Source of the DNA: Mobula hypostoma
Lineage: Eukaryota
DNA: 64,000 nt
Reading direction: 5' to 3'
Assembly: GCF_963921235.1 (NCBI RefSeq)
Contig: NC_086097.1
Span: 109,866,001 to 109,930,000, forward strand
Shown here: positions 1 to 11,251 of the stretch, piece after piece
Layout: the number at the start of each line of letters is the position of its first letter
How positions within the stretch are numbered: position 1 is the first letter of the stretch
Notes under the pieces: model-generated
Database searches by the model: none
What the model was told of the DNA's origin: nothing
Seen by the model: only the letters and a program-made list of their open reading frames with translations
Translations under genes and position numbers: made by a program

Positions 1-186
1 GTGATTTTATATGCTTCTTTAAGGTCACCCCTTAGTGTTCCACGCTCCAAAGAATTAAGTCCTAGCCAGCCCAATTTCCCTATAGCTCAGGCACTCCCAG
101 CAGTGCTTTTTTTGCAGCCTTTCCAGCTGAATTATATTTTCCATATAGCAGTGTGACCAAAACTCTACACAACGCTCCAAGTGAGG

Positions 187-1378
187 AACACACTAAATGC
201 TGGGGAGCTCAGTAAGCCAGGCAGCATCCATTGAAAAGAGTAAACAGTCGGCGATTCGGGCCAAGACCCTTCGTCGGGACTGGGAAAGAAAATGAAGAGT
301 TAGAGCAAGAAGGTGTTTGGGTGGGGGTTGTCAGGGAGAGGAAGCACAAGGCGATAGGTGAAGCTGGGTGAGGGACGAGGTGCAGGGGCAGGTATGGCAC
401 CTGCTCAGCATGCAAGATAAGCAGCTGGAGGGAAATCAATGGGGAGAGATGAATGGACAAGGGAGTTGCGGAGGGAGTGATTGCTGTGAAAAGCAGAAAG
501 TTGGGGGGTGGTTGGGGAGGGAAAGACCCACCATCAGGCACCATCACCTTACCCTTGCAAGTGGAACAAATGCCACACTTGCACCTACATCTCCTTCCTC
601 ACTACCATTCAGGGACCCAAATAGTCCTTCCAGGTGAGGAGGCACTTCACCTGTGAGTTTGTTGGGGTCGTGTGCCATGTTCAGTTCTCCCAGTGTGGCC
701 TCCTGTATATCAGTGAGACCTGACATAGATTGGGAGACCACTTCACTGAGCACCCACACTCCATCCATCGGGAAAAGCGTGATCTCCCGGTGGTAACCCA
801 CTTCAATTCTATTTCCCATTCTCATTCTGACATGTCAGTCCATGGCCTCCTCTACTGCTGTGATGAGGCCACACTCAAGTTGGAGGAGAAACACCTTATA
901 TTCCATCCGGGTAGCGTCCAAACTGATGACATGAAACTCGAGTTCTCAACTTCTGATAATTGCCTCCCCTTCAACATTCTCATTCACGATTCCCTCTCTC
1001 ACCTCATCTCCTAATTTTCCCAACACCTCCCTCTGGTGCTCTGCCCCCTTCCCTTTCTTCTATGGTCTTCTACCCTCTCCTATCAGATTCCCCCTTCTCC
1101 AGTTCTTTATCTCTGTCATCTATCAGCCTCCTAGCCCTTTACTTCAACCCTCCCTCTCTCTCAGGTTCACCAATCACCTACCACCTTGTACTTCTTCATC
1201 CCCTCCCCCCACCTTCTTGCTCTGACCTCTTCTTTTTTCCAGTCCTGAAGAAGGGTCTCGGCCCGAAACGTCAACTGTTTACTCTTTTCCATAGATGGGG
1301 CCTGGCCTGCTGAGTTCCTCCAGCATCTTGTGTGTGCTGTTTTAATTTTCATCATCTGCAGATGTTCTCATCTTTGTG
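187..1378 (+). mobile_element. Penelope-like element remnant: GIY-YIG endonuclease C-terminus between inverted pseudo-LTR copies
   Basis: ~540-960 translates (with stops) as ...FQVRRHFTCE..GVV.....CGLLYISET..RLGDHFTEH...DLPVVTHFNS..HSHSDMSVHGL. 187-290 is an inverted copy of the 1235-1340 terminus. Confidence 0.85.
1240..1277 (+). ncRNA. Minimal type-I hammerhead ribozyme motif in the Penelope pLTR
   Basis: CAGTC-CTGAAGA-A-GGG-TCTCGG-CCC-GAAACGTC-AACTG: CUGANGA and GAAA cores, GGG/CCC helix II, GUC cleavage triplet, helix I with one mismatch. Confidence 0.75.
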
Positions 1379-2139
1379 CTACTCCCGAAGCAGCCTCACC
1401 AATTCCGTGTACAGTTGCAACGTAACATCTCAACTCTTGTACTCAGGGCCTTGATTGATGAAGACCAATAGGTCAAAAACCTTCTTCACCATCCTGTCTA
1501 CCTGTGACATTACTTTCAGGGAAACATTCACCTTACTTTTAAGTTCCTCTATTCTACAGCACCCTGCTAGGTACTACCATTCACTGTATAATTTCTACCT
1601 TGGTTAAACTTACCAAAATGCATCTTAGCTGGATTGGACACCATTTACCAGTCCTTTGCCCACTTACCTAACTGATCAGAACTGGCTTGTAATTTTTGAT
1701 ATTTTTCTTCACTTATTATCACCAGCATATATACTAGCCATGCCTCGTACATTTTCATTAAGTCATTTATATAAATAACATACAACAATGTTTCCACCAC
1801 AGACCACCAGACACAGGCCTCCAGTCGAGGAAATAACTTTCCACTATAAACTTCTGCCTCATAACATCAATTACGAATCCAGTTAGCTAGTTCCTCCCAG
1901 ATGTCTCGCAATATTATCTCCAGACTAGCCTACCATTTGGGCCTTTTTGGGGATTTTTGCTAATGCTCACCATAACAACACCCGCTGCTCAGCGCCTTGG
2001 ATGCCTTTTCAAAAGTACTTAACATATTTGTCATACACAAATTCGCATGCGCAGTTATGATGAGTATTCCTAATCAGTCTTTGTCTATTGAAATGCTGCC
2101 AAGATTCCCTTCCTCAGAATCCACTCCAGTAACTTACCC

Positions 2140-3963
2140 TGTCACTGGGTTCAGAAATGGCCCAAGTGCAAAGCGAGAATCACTGAAGCTCACAGACTTT
2201 AAGGCGAACAGAGTTAGAGGGAATAGAATCAGAATCAAAATCCTTTATTATCGCCAAGTATGTGGTCACATACAGGGAATTTGATGCCGGTTTCCCTGAG
2301 CTCTCGCTGTACAGAATCAAAAAGCAAACAAAAGAATAGTGCAAATAATCATGAACTGTATACAATGAGGTATACCTGTGTATGCACAGGTTTATAATAG
2401 ACTAAAATTCAAGTGTTCATAAGACTGATGGCATAGAGAAAGAAACTGTTCTTGTACCTATTTGTCCTGGCATACAGTGATCTAAAGCGCCTACCAGAAG
2501 GAAGGAGTTGGAACAGGTGATGTCCAGGGTGTGATGGGTCTACAATGATGCTGCTTGCTTGCTTCCTGACTCTAGATGCATATAAGTCCTGGATCAAGGG
2601 CAACTTCACACCAATAATCCTTTCCGCAGCCCTGACGGTTCTTTGGAGTCTATTCTTGTCTTGTTTGGTAGCTGATCCAAACCAGACAGTGATGGACGAA
2701 CAGAGAACAGACTGGATTATTCCTGAATAGAATTGAATCAGCAGCTCCTGAGGTAGGTTGTACTTCCTTAGTTGACGTAGGAAATACAACCTCTGCTGAG
2801 CCTTTTTGATAAGAGTGTCCGCGTAGGGTGTCCACTTCAGGTCCTGGAAGATCGTGACACCCAGAAACCTGAAGGTCTCCACAGCAGACACAATACTGTT
2901 GAGTATAGTGAGTGGGGGAAGCATTGGGGGGCTCCTCCTGAAGTCCACTGTCATCTCCACAGTCCTGAGCGTATTTAGCTCCAGATTGTTCTGACCACAC
3001 CAGAGGGCCAGCCGTTCCACCACCTGTCTGTATGCAGACTCATCACCATCTCGGATAAGACCAATGACAGTTGTGTCGTCTGCAAACTTCAGGAGTTTAA
3101 CAGATGGATCCTATGAGGTGCAGTCATTAGTGTAAAGGGAGAAGAGCAGTGGGGAGAGCACACATCCCTGGGGGGCACCGGTACTGATTGTACAGGTGCT
3201 AGAAATGATGCTCCCCAGCCTCACTTGCTGCACCCTGTCAGTCAGGAAGCTTGTGATCCACTGACAGATGGCGGGGGAGACTGTGAGCTGGGTGAGTTTG
3301 GAGTGGAGGATTTCTGGGACGATGGTGTTGAACGCCGAGTTGAAGTCAACAAACAGGACCCTCGTAGAAGTTCCTGGGTTGTCGAGGTGTTGTAGTATGT
3401 AATGCAGTCCCATGTTGACTGCATCATCCACCGACCTATTTGTCCGATAAGCAAACTGCAGGGGGTCCAGCAGGGGGCCTGTGAAGTCCTTCAAGTGAGC
3501 CAACACCAGTCTCTCAAAGGACTTCATGACCACAGATGTCAAGGCAACAGGCCTGTAGTCATTTAGTCCCTTGATAGTGGGTTTCTTAGGGACTGGAATG
3601 ATAATGGAGTGCTTGAAGCAATGAGGGACTTCACACAGAAAACAATAAACACTAAGCCAAACAGGACCATTAACTAAAACTCTCAAATAGAAAACAAAGG
3701 CTGAAAGGAATAACTAAATATAATATGAATACCAGTAGTCTTCAGAGTCAGTTGACTCACTAGTCCAATTTCTCAGGCAAAGCCGAATGCAAGCAGGCAG
3801 CAAAGCATTGCTGTGCTGTGCCCACTTCTCAATAAACACTATGACAGAATGAATGGAGTTAAATACTATCACAATGAAATAATAATTAGCTGACACTTGC
3901 ATATTCATGAGTGCACGTGTCAGCTAATTATTCTACTGCACTGCCGAATCCTTGGTAGTGACA
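2140..3963. mobile_element. Solo LTR (~400 bp net) interrupted by a Rex1/Babar LINE
   Basis: Termini TGTCAC...GTGACA. Flanks TACCC/TACCT form a 5-bp TSD with one mismatch. The host CR1 rejoins across it. Confidence 0.6.
2222..3640 (-). mobile_element. Rex1/Babar LINE, 5'-truncated RT plus 3' tail
   Basis: ORFs 3111-3686 and 2409-3023 ([58 protein letters not shown]), with FADD between them after a premature stop. (GATTCT)n tail reads agaatcagaatc at ~2226. Confidence 0.92.
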
Positions 3964-4189
3964 TACCTAACAGTGGTATCAGGCTCACCATCCTGTAGGT
4001 CCCTGACCTGATTTTGATGCTTTTCTTAAATACTGAGAATTCTCCTTCTCTTACGCCCTTGTCACATAATTGCAGTTGATTTACAAGATCTAGACTCTAC
4101 AATCATACTGCTTTGACAATCATAAAGTTTATGCAGTTCAGCACCATCCAACTCTCCTCAGGTAATGAAATCTGCAACCAAACTCAGCC

Positions 4190-4930
4190 AGAGCCAAACA
4201 CTATCCAGGCTGGGCTGTCAGATTGCAAGTAACATTCACGTTACATGTGTGCCAGGCAATGATGCTATCAAACAAATGAAAATCTCACTATCATTCTCAG
4301 ACATTCAATGTCATTATCTTCACTGAATCCTCCTTTGTCAATACCCTGGGGGTTACCCTTGACCAGAAACTGAACTGGTCATATACATAAGAAACTCATC
4401 TCCCAACTCCGCAAAGCCTAATGTCTGCCCCTCGTCTACAAGAATACATTTCACCTGCCTGGATGACTGTAAATTCAGCAACAGTCAAGAGATTGACACT
4501 GAACAGGATGCAGTAACCCACTTGACAGGCACCCTATCCACAACCATTCACTCACTCCACCACCAATGCACAGCAGCCATTGTTTGTAGCATCTACAGGG
4601 TTCACAGCAGCAACCCACCAAGACTCCTTGGGCAGCACTTTCCGAACTGAGGACCCCTCCAGCTAGAAGGATAATGGAGGCAAAACGATGGAAATTGACA
4701 AGCAAACCACACACCATCTGGACTTGGAAATTATTAACTATCCCTTCACTGTCATTGGGTCAAAACCCTAGGGCTCTGTCCCTCATAGCATTGTGGGTAC
4801 AGCCACATCTGAAGGACAGCACCAATTCAAGAAGGAAGCTCACCATCTCCTTCTCAGAGCCAGTTACGGATGGCCAATTAAATGCTAGATCAGTCTGTGA
4901 AGCTAACATCATGTAAGTGAAAAATAAAAA
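4190..4930 (+). mobile_element. Degenerate CR1-group (L2/Crack-like) LINE 3' portion
   Basis: Decayed RT-thumb-like phrases (ccaggctgggctg...caagtaacattc...ctgggggttacccttgaccagaaactgaactgg) and an A-rich end. Confidence 0.55.
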
Positions 4931-7085
4931 ATGATCCACCTCTTAATCATAAACATTTATCTGCCCTACTTGGTTTAAGCTCTCAGGCTCTCCCTAGTCC
5001 AGATCCCAGCTTTTGGGCAAGTGGACACGAAATCAAATTGGAGGAAGGGGAAGAGTCAGGTACTAGAGAGCACCCCTGTGGCTGTACCCCTTGACAATAA
5101 GTATTCCAGCTTGAGTACTGTTGGGGGGGTGGCCTACCTGGGGGAAGTGACAGTGGCCGTGCCTCTGGCACAGCGTCTAGCCCTGTGGCTCAGAAGGATA
5201 GGGAAAGGAAGAAGATGGCAGTAGTGATAGGGGACTCTATAGTTAGGGGGTCAGACAGGCGATTCTGTGGACGTAGGAAAGAAACTTGGGTGGTAGTTTG
5301 CCTCCCAGGTGCCACGGTCCGGAATGTTTCAGATCGCGTCCAAGATATCCTGCAGTGGGAGAGAGAACAGCCAGAGGGGTCGTGGTACATATTGGTACCA
5401 ATGACATAGGTAGGAGTTAGGAAGGAAGTTGAGAAGCAAGACCGCAAAGGTAGTAATCTCGGGATTACTGCCTGTGCCATGCGACATTGAGAATAGGAAT
5501 AGAAGGAGGTGGATGATGAATGCCATCATTGTCTTGGCTATCCGTCAAAATCATAACTGAGGGATTGGAGCAGGGGGCAAGGATTCAGATTTCTGGATCA
5601 TTGGGACCTCTTATGGAGCAGGTGTGACCTGTACAAAAAGAATGGCTTGCACTTGAATCCCAGGGGGAGCAATATCCTGGTGGGTAGGTTTGCTAAAGCT
5701 AGTGGGGAGAGTTTAAACTAGAATTGTTGGGGGGTGGGAACCGAACTGAAGAGACTGGGGAAGAGGAGGTTGCTCACAAATAGAGAAAGCTTGTAGACAG
5801 TGCAAGAGGGAGGATAGGCAGGTGATAGAGAAGGGACGCGCTCAGACTGAAGGTTTGAGATGTGTCTATTTTAACGCAAGGAGTATTGATTGTGAACAAA
5901 GTGGATGAGCTTAGAGCATGGATCAGTACTTGGAGATACGATGTTGTGGCCATTACAGAGACTTGGATGGCTTAGGGACAGGAATGGTTACTTCAAGTGC
6001 CAGGTTTTAGATGTTTCAGAAAAGACAGAGAGGGATGCAAAAGAGATGGGGGCATGGCACTATTGATCAGAGATAGTGTCACAGCTGCAGAAAAGGTGGA
6101 CGCCATGGGGGGATTGTCTATGGAGTCTCTGTGGGTGGAGGTTAGGAACAGGAGGGGGTCAATAGCTTTACTGGGTGACTTTTTTATAGGCCGCCCAATA
6201 GTAACAGGGATATCGTGGAGCAGGTAGGGAAACAGATCCTGGAAAGGTGTAATAATAACAGAGTTGACGTGATGGGAGATTTTAATTTCCCAAATATTGA
6301 TTGGCATCTCCCTGGAGCAAGGGGTTTAGATGGGGTGGAGTTTGTTAGGTATATTCAGGAAGGTTTCTTGACCTTGTAGATAAGCCTACAAGAGGAGAGG
6401 CTGCACTTGATTTGGTATTGGGAAATGAACCTGGTCAGGTGTCAGTTCTCTCAGTGGGAGAGCATTTTGGAGATAGTGATCATAATTCTATCTCCTTCAC
6501 ATTAGCATTGGATGGAGATAGGAACAGACATGTTAAAAAAAGCATTTAATTGGAGTAAGGGGAATTATGAGGCTATCAGGCAGGAACTTGGAAGCATAAA
6601 TTGGAAACAAATGTTCTCAGGGAAAAGTATGGAAGAAATGTGGCAAATATTCAGGGGATATTTGTGTGGAGTTCTGCATAGGTACGTTCCAATGTGACAA
6701 GGATGTTATGGTAGAGTATAGGAACTGTGGTGTACAAAGGCTGTAATAAATCTAGTCAAGAAGAAAAGAAAAGCTTACAAAAGGTTCAGAGAGCTAGGTA
6801 ATGTTAGAGATCTAGAAGACTATAAGGCTAATAGGAAGGAGCTTAAGAAGGAAATTAGGAGATCCAGAAGGGGCCATGAGAAGGCCTTGGTGGGCAGGAT
6901 TAAAGAAAACCCCAAGGTATTCTACAAGTATGTGAGAGAAAGACGTGAAAGAACAGGACCTATCAAGTGTGACAGTGGGAAAGTATGCATGAAATCGGAG
7001 GAAATAGTAGAGGTACTTAATGAATACTTCAATATTCACTGTGGAAAAGTGGGAAAGGTGTAATAATAACAGAGTTGACGTGATA

Positions 7086-7344
7086 AAGGGGTAGGGGAAG
7101 GGAGGCAGGGAGGTGATAGGCAGGAAAGGTTTCCTGCCTCCCTTCCCCCACCCCTTTATCTTTCCCCTTACTGTTTTTTCAGCTGGAACCTAGCAGCCTT
7201 CTCCTTCCCACCCTCCCCCCACCTTCTTTATAGGGCCTCTGCCCCTTCCCCCTACAGTTCTGATGAAGGGTTCCGGCCCAAAACGTTGACTTATCGTTTC
7301 CACGGCTGCTGCCCGACCTGCTGAGTTCCTCCAGCGTGTTGTGA
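7086..7344 (+). mobile_element. Penelope pLTR fragment with decayed hammerhead
   Basis: CTGATGAAGGGTTCCGGCCC-AAAACGTTGAC at 7260-7290 (GAAA core mutated to AAAA), followed by the typical gacctgctgagttcctccagc end. Confidence 0.7.
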
Positions 7345-7668
7345 GTGTCCCTCATCCTGCGCTGGAGTTCCCTCATCTTGTCCAGGAGTCTCTTGTCCAG
7401 TTCAGGAGTCCCTCATCTAGTCCAAGCCACAACCAAGTACCACGTCCAGTCCTGTGGCCTAGACACATCCAGTCCTGTAGCCATGTCTTGTCCTCATCTA
7501 GATCTGGGGACCAAGCCTGAGTCAAGACTTAGGTTCCAGGTCCCTGTCCAGTCTCTGGCTCGGAGTCCTAGTCCAGACTCCTAGTTCCAAGTTCCTTGTC
7601 CTGGTCCCGTTTTCCTAGTACTTCAGTATCTTGCATTTGGGTCCATCATCAATGCCCCCCTTATGACA
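7345..7668 (+). mobile_element. 3' part of an LTR-like element
   Basis: Repeated (t)ccagtcc/ccaagt motifs; ends ttgcatttgggtcc...TTATGACA, resembling fish Gypsy LTR 3' ends. Confidence 0.45.
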
Positions 7669-9049
7669 TATAGTGTATACGGATTTCAGCAAAGCATTTG
7701 ATAAGGTACCCCATGCAAGGCTTATTGAGAAAGTAAGGAGGCATGGGATCCAAGGGGACATTGCTTTATGGATCCAGAATTTGCTTGCCCACAGAAGGCA
7801 AAGAGTGGTTGTAGAAGGGTCATATTCTGCATGGAGGTCGGTCACCAGTGGAGTGCCTCAGGGATCTGTTCTGGGACCCCTACTCTTCCTAATTTTTATA
7901 AATGACCTGGATGAGGAAGTGAAGGTATGGGTTAGTAAGTTTGCTGATGCCATAAAGGTTGGAGGTGTTGTGGATAGTGTGGAGGGCTGTCAGAGGTTAC
8001 GGTGGGACATTGATAGGAGGCAAAACTGGGCTGAGAAGTGGCAGATGGATTTCAACCCAGATAAGTGTGAAGTGGTTCATTTTGGTAGGTCAAATATGAT
8101 GGCAGAATAAGTATTAATGCTAAGACTCTTGACAGTGTGGAAGATCAGAGGGACCTTGGGGTCCGAGTCCGTAGGACGCTCAAAGCAGCTGTGAAGGTTG
8201 ATGCTGTGGTTAAGAAGGTGTACGGTGTATTGGCCTTCATCAATTGTGGAATTGAATTTAGGAGCCAAGAGGTAATGTTGCAGCTATATAGGACCCTGGT
8301 CAGACCTCACTTGGAGTACTGTGCTCAGTTCTAGTCACCTCACTGCAGGAAGGATGTGGAAGCCATAGAAAGGGTGCAGAAGATATTTACAAGGATGTTG
8401 CCTGGATTGGGGAGCATGCCTTATGAGAATAGGTTGAGTAAACTCGGCCTTTTTTCCTTGGAGTGACGGAGGATGATAGGTGACCTGATAGAGGTATATA
8501 AGATGATGAGAGGCATTGATCGTGTAGATAGTCAGAGGCTTTTTCCCTGGGCTGAAATGGTTGCCACAAGAGGACACAGGTTTAAGGTGCTGGGGAGTAT
8601 GTACAGAGGAGATGTCAAGGGTAAGTTTTTTACTCAGAGAGTGGTGAGTGCATGGAATGGGCTGCCGGCAATGGTGGTGGAGGCGGATACGATAGGGTCT
8701 CTTACGAGACTTTTGGATAGGTACATGGAGCTTTGAAAAATAGAGGGCTATAAGTAAGCCTAGTAATTTCTGAGGTTGGGACATGTTCGGCACAACTTTT
8801 TGGGCTGAAGGGCCTGTATTGTGCTGTAGGTTTTCTATGTTTCTATGTTTCTAATATACTCATTACTTGATCTGACATTCTTAGTCACCAGCTCAAATAC
8901 TGAAGATGTTGGATCTACACATGTTGAGTCACAAGGTGTAGTTATTATCCAAGCCAAGGAGTAGGGACAACCTGTGGTCCAGATCCTGTGTAACTTGCGT
9001 ACAGATTTTGTTCCAGACCCTTCAAGAGGGCCACAACCTTATTTTAGGT

Positions 9050-9413
9050 TTTGGAGGCCTATGTGCCTCAAAGACCTGGAGAGCTATGCTGCTTGGAGTC
9101 AGGGCTTTACGCATTGGCTCTTGGTAAGGTCACCCATGCCAAACAGGTCAAAGCGTAGACACTAGACTAAGAATGGTCCATCGGTTCTCCAGGTTCGGGG
9201 GTTCAACTCAGGGCTAACAGCCCTGACTGGTAAACAAAACTACTGTGAAAAAGCAATGTAGAATCCTTCTACATCTGAGTGTGAGGGTATTCAGGACTAA
9301 CATTACTGAAAGCAGTGAAAATTGAGAAGAAGCTACTGACACAATGAAGGAAGCCCTGAACACTTCCAGGGTTGGAAGACCTTCATTGCTGCCCTAAAAG
9401 GCAGTAAGTAATC
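9050..9413 (+). mobile_element. Non-autonomous RTE-derived short element (5' UTR joined to 3' end)
   Basis: RTE-like 5' region (ggtcacccatgccaaacaggtcaaag...ggttcaactcagggctaacagccctgactgg) followed by an RTE-like end (cttcattgctgcccta...ggcagtaagtaa). Confidence 0.55.
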
Positions 9414-9522
9414 AATTTTTTGCTCTAGAGAATGCTGACAAGAATTTTGGGCCTCGCTTATTAAACTAAGATTGATGCTCCTGCAGCTTGAAGCTTGGGA
9501 CATTGTCAGTCTTACCTGAAAT

Positions 9523-10150
9523 GTTCAAAGATTCAAAAGTTCAAAGTGCATTTATTATCAAAGTAGGTATGCAGTATACAACCCTGAGATTTGTCTCCCC
9601 CACAGAAAGCCACGAGACAAAGAACCACCATGAAACCAACCCATTCAAAGAAAAGCATCAAACATCAAACCCCCTCCCACCTCACGCAAACGGCAGCAAA
9701 GAAGAAGAATGAAAACACAAAAGGCACATTTCAGTACAGTTCAGCTCACTGTTCACTACCTGCAGGCCACCCCGATTCAAAAATGGCCCAAAATTAGTAA
9801 CAAAGGAAGAGCGACCAGAACTAGAACTAGAAATAGAACCATCATAAAAAGTAAATTAGAAAACAAATCGACAATCCGCACTGATTAAACCTCGCTCCGG
9901 CCCCGTCTGTTGACAGCATTAAGGAAGAGAGAGAGATCACGCAAACATAAGGACCTTCCATTGGGAGCAGACACCTTCTTCGGCAGCTGCACGCGAGAGG
10001 CAGGTAGATGAGGCTGAGCACTTGCTCGTCTCTGCACCCACCTCAATGATCTTGGTCTTGCTCGGTGCCTTAATTGCTTTAATAGTGACGGGCATGTGGA
10101 AATCCTGCCCAACTCATTGTGCACATGGCGATCTGCAGAACCTGGAGTCT
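9523..10150 (-). mobile_element. Non-autonomous retroelement with (TTTGAA[C/T])n tail
   Basis: ttcaaagattcaaaagttcaaagtgcatttattatcaaag...accctgagat end; the same end type recurs at 45961 and 55932. Confidence 0.55.
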
Positions 10151-10429
10151 ATCCTTTACAGCACAGAAGAAAGTAACTGACCACAATGTCTAATAGTCAG
10201 AGTTTCTGCTTCTATTGCAAGCCAGCAGAAACAGCTTAGTTTGAGATCCTGGGGTGAATAAATTGATGGTGTTCAGTTCTTCCTGCCCTTCACAGCAGGT
10301 GTCTTTTGTGTGGTTCAAAGAGTAGTTTAGATGCATCCACTCGAAACAATTTGGCAGGCCAGTCATCACATCAGTATAGCTCAAGAATAACGTCCTGATT
10401 GGAAACAAGCAATTCAGCCTGATAAGGAA

Positions 10430-11110
10430 TACAAGTTAGACCACAATGCTGTAATGCTGCAATCCACCCAAGGACGCAGCCAAGAAGATGAGCAAAGCTT
10501 CGGCGTTCCGAGGTTTTGTGGTCCTGGGGACAAGCTGATTCTGTGCTGGTGCCACAGGAGAAAACGGAACATCAGGAACCACGGATTGGCTCTCGGGGGC
10601 TCTGTACTTGGCGAATTGCACACTCTCTCTCTATCTCTCATTCATTGGTGAGAGTTTGTTGCCACTTCTTGAGTTGAAAAACTCAGAAAAAAGGCGGCGT
10701 GGCAGACTTTAACAATGTAAATCAGTGAATTGCTTTCTTTATGTGTCTCCTCTCACTGCAAAGGGGTGACACCTCCCTGTCCCTTTATTAGGGAGAGAGA
10801 GAGCCTGTGGTATGTTGAATGGTTGGTTGAACAGTTAGTTCTTGTTGTAGTGCAGATCATGGTCTTTCTTGGGGGCTTTGCCATTCCTTGCCTGTTGTGT
10901 GGAGGGTGCAGATACTGAAGTAAGTGGGAAGGGGATGGGAGGATCATTGTTTTGCTGCTGCTTGTGAATGGGAGGGGTGAGCTTTAGGGTTCCAACATTT
11001 TTACTGTCACTCATTCTTTGGGGCACTTCTTGGATGTTTGTAAAGAACAAGAATTTCAGGTAGAATATTGTACACATTCGCTGATATTAAATGGAACTAT
11101 TGAAACTGTT
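10430..11110 (+). mobile_element. Non-autonomous retroelement with LINE-type tail
   Basis: Ends aagaatttcagg...tgtacacattcgctgatattaaatggaactattgaa, similar to the tails at ~19480-19548 and ~21340-21398. Confidence 0.45.
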
Positions 11111-11251
11111 GAATTATGAACCACAAATTAAATTCCAATCAAATCAGGATCCACAGCACAGAAATATGTGTCACTTCAAAGTCCCATTTCTAAGCCATTT
11201 AGTATTGCTAATATTGAACTTTCCATTATTTGCATTAGCTTGGCTCAATCT

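Larger units (their letters stand above)
1..2139 (-). mobile_element. Old degenerate CR1 LINE (RT region), split by a Penelope-like element at 187-1378; resumes briefly after 3964
   Basis: Antisense CR1-RT-type phrases on both sides of the inserts (acaacgctccaagtg | cagcctcaccaattccgtgtacagttgcaac; taacttaccc | tacctaacagtggtatcaggctcacc). No intact ORF. Confidence 0.65.
5010..8853 (+). mobile_element. Near full-length but disrupted CR1 LINE (family B): ORF1 esterase, APE, RT and tail
   Basis: ORF1 AVVIGDSIVRG (SGNH-esterase motif); APE fragments (PGFRCFRKDR, ESLWVEVRNRRG); RT ([33 protein letters not shown]); (TTCTATGT)n tail at 8832-8853. Many stops and frameshifts; 7051-7668 is foreign sequence. 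Confidence 0.92.

Noticed and set aside
960..1240. Hydrophobic Pro/Leu/Ser-rich ORFs (also 30218-30674) as membrane proteins
   Set aside because: Translation of the pyrimidine-rich tract of the Penelope pLTR.
11168..11251. N-terminal extension making the 727-aa ORF look like a domesticated RT gene
   Set aside because: The start is a GTG in flanking DNA that happens to be in frame. There is no sign of a promoter or splice site, and the rest is an ordinary young CR1.
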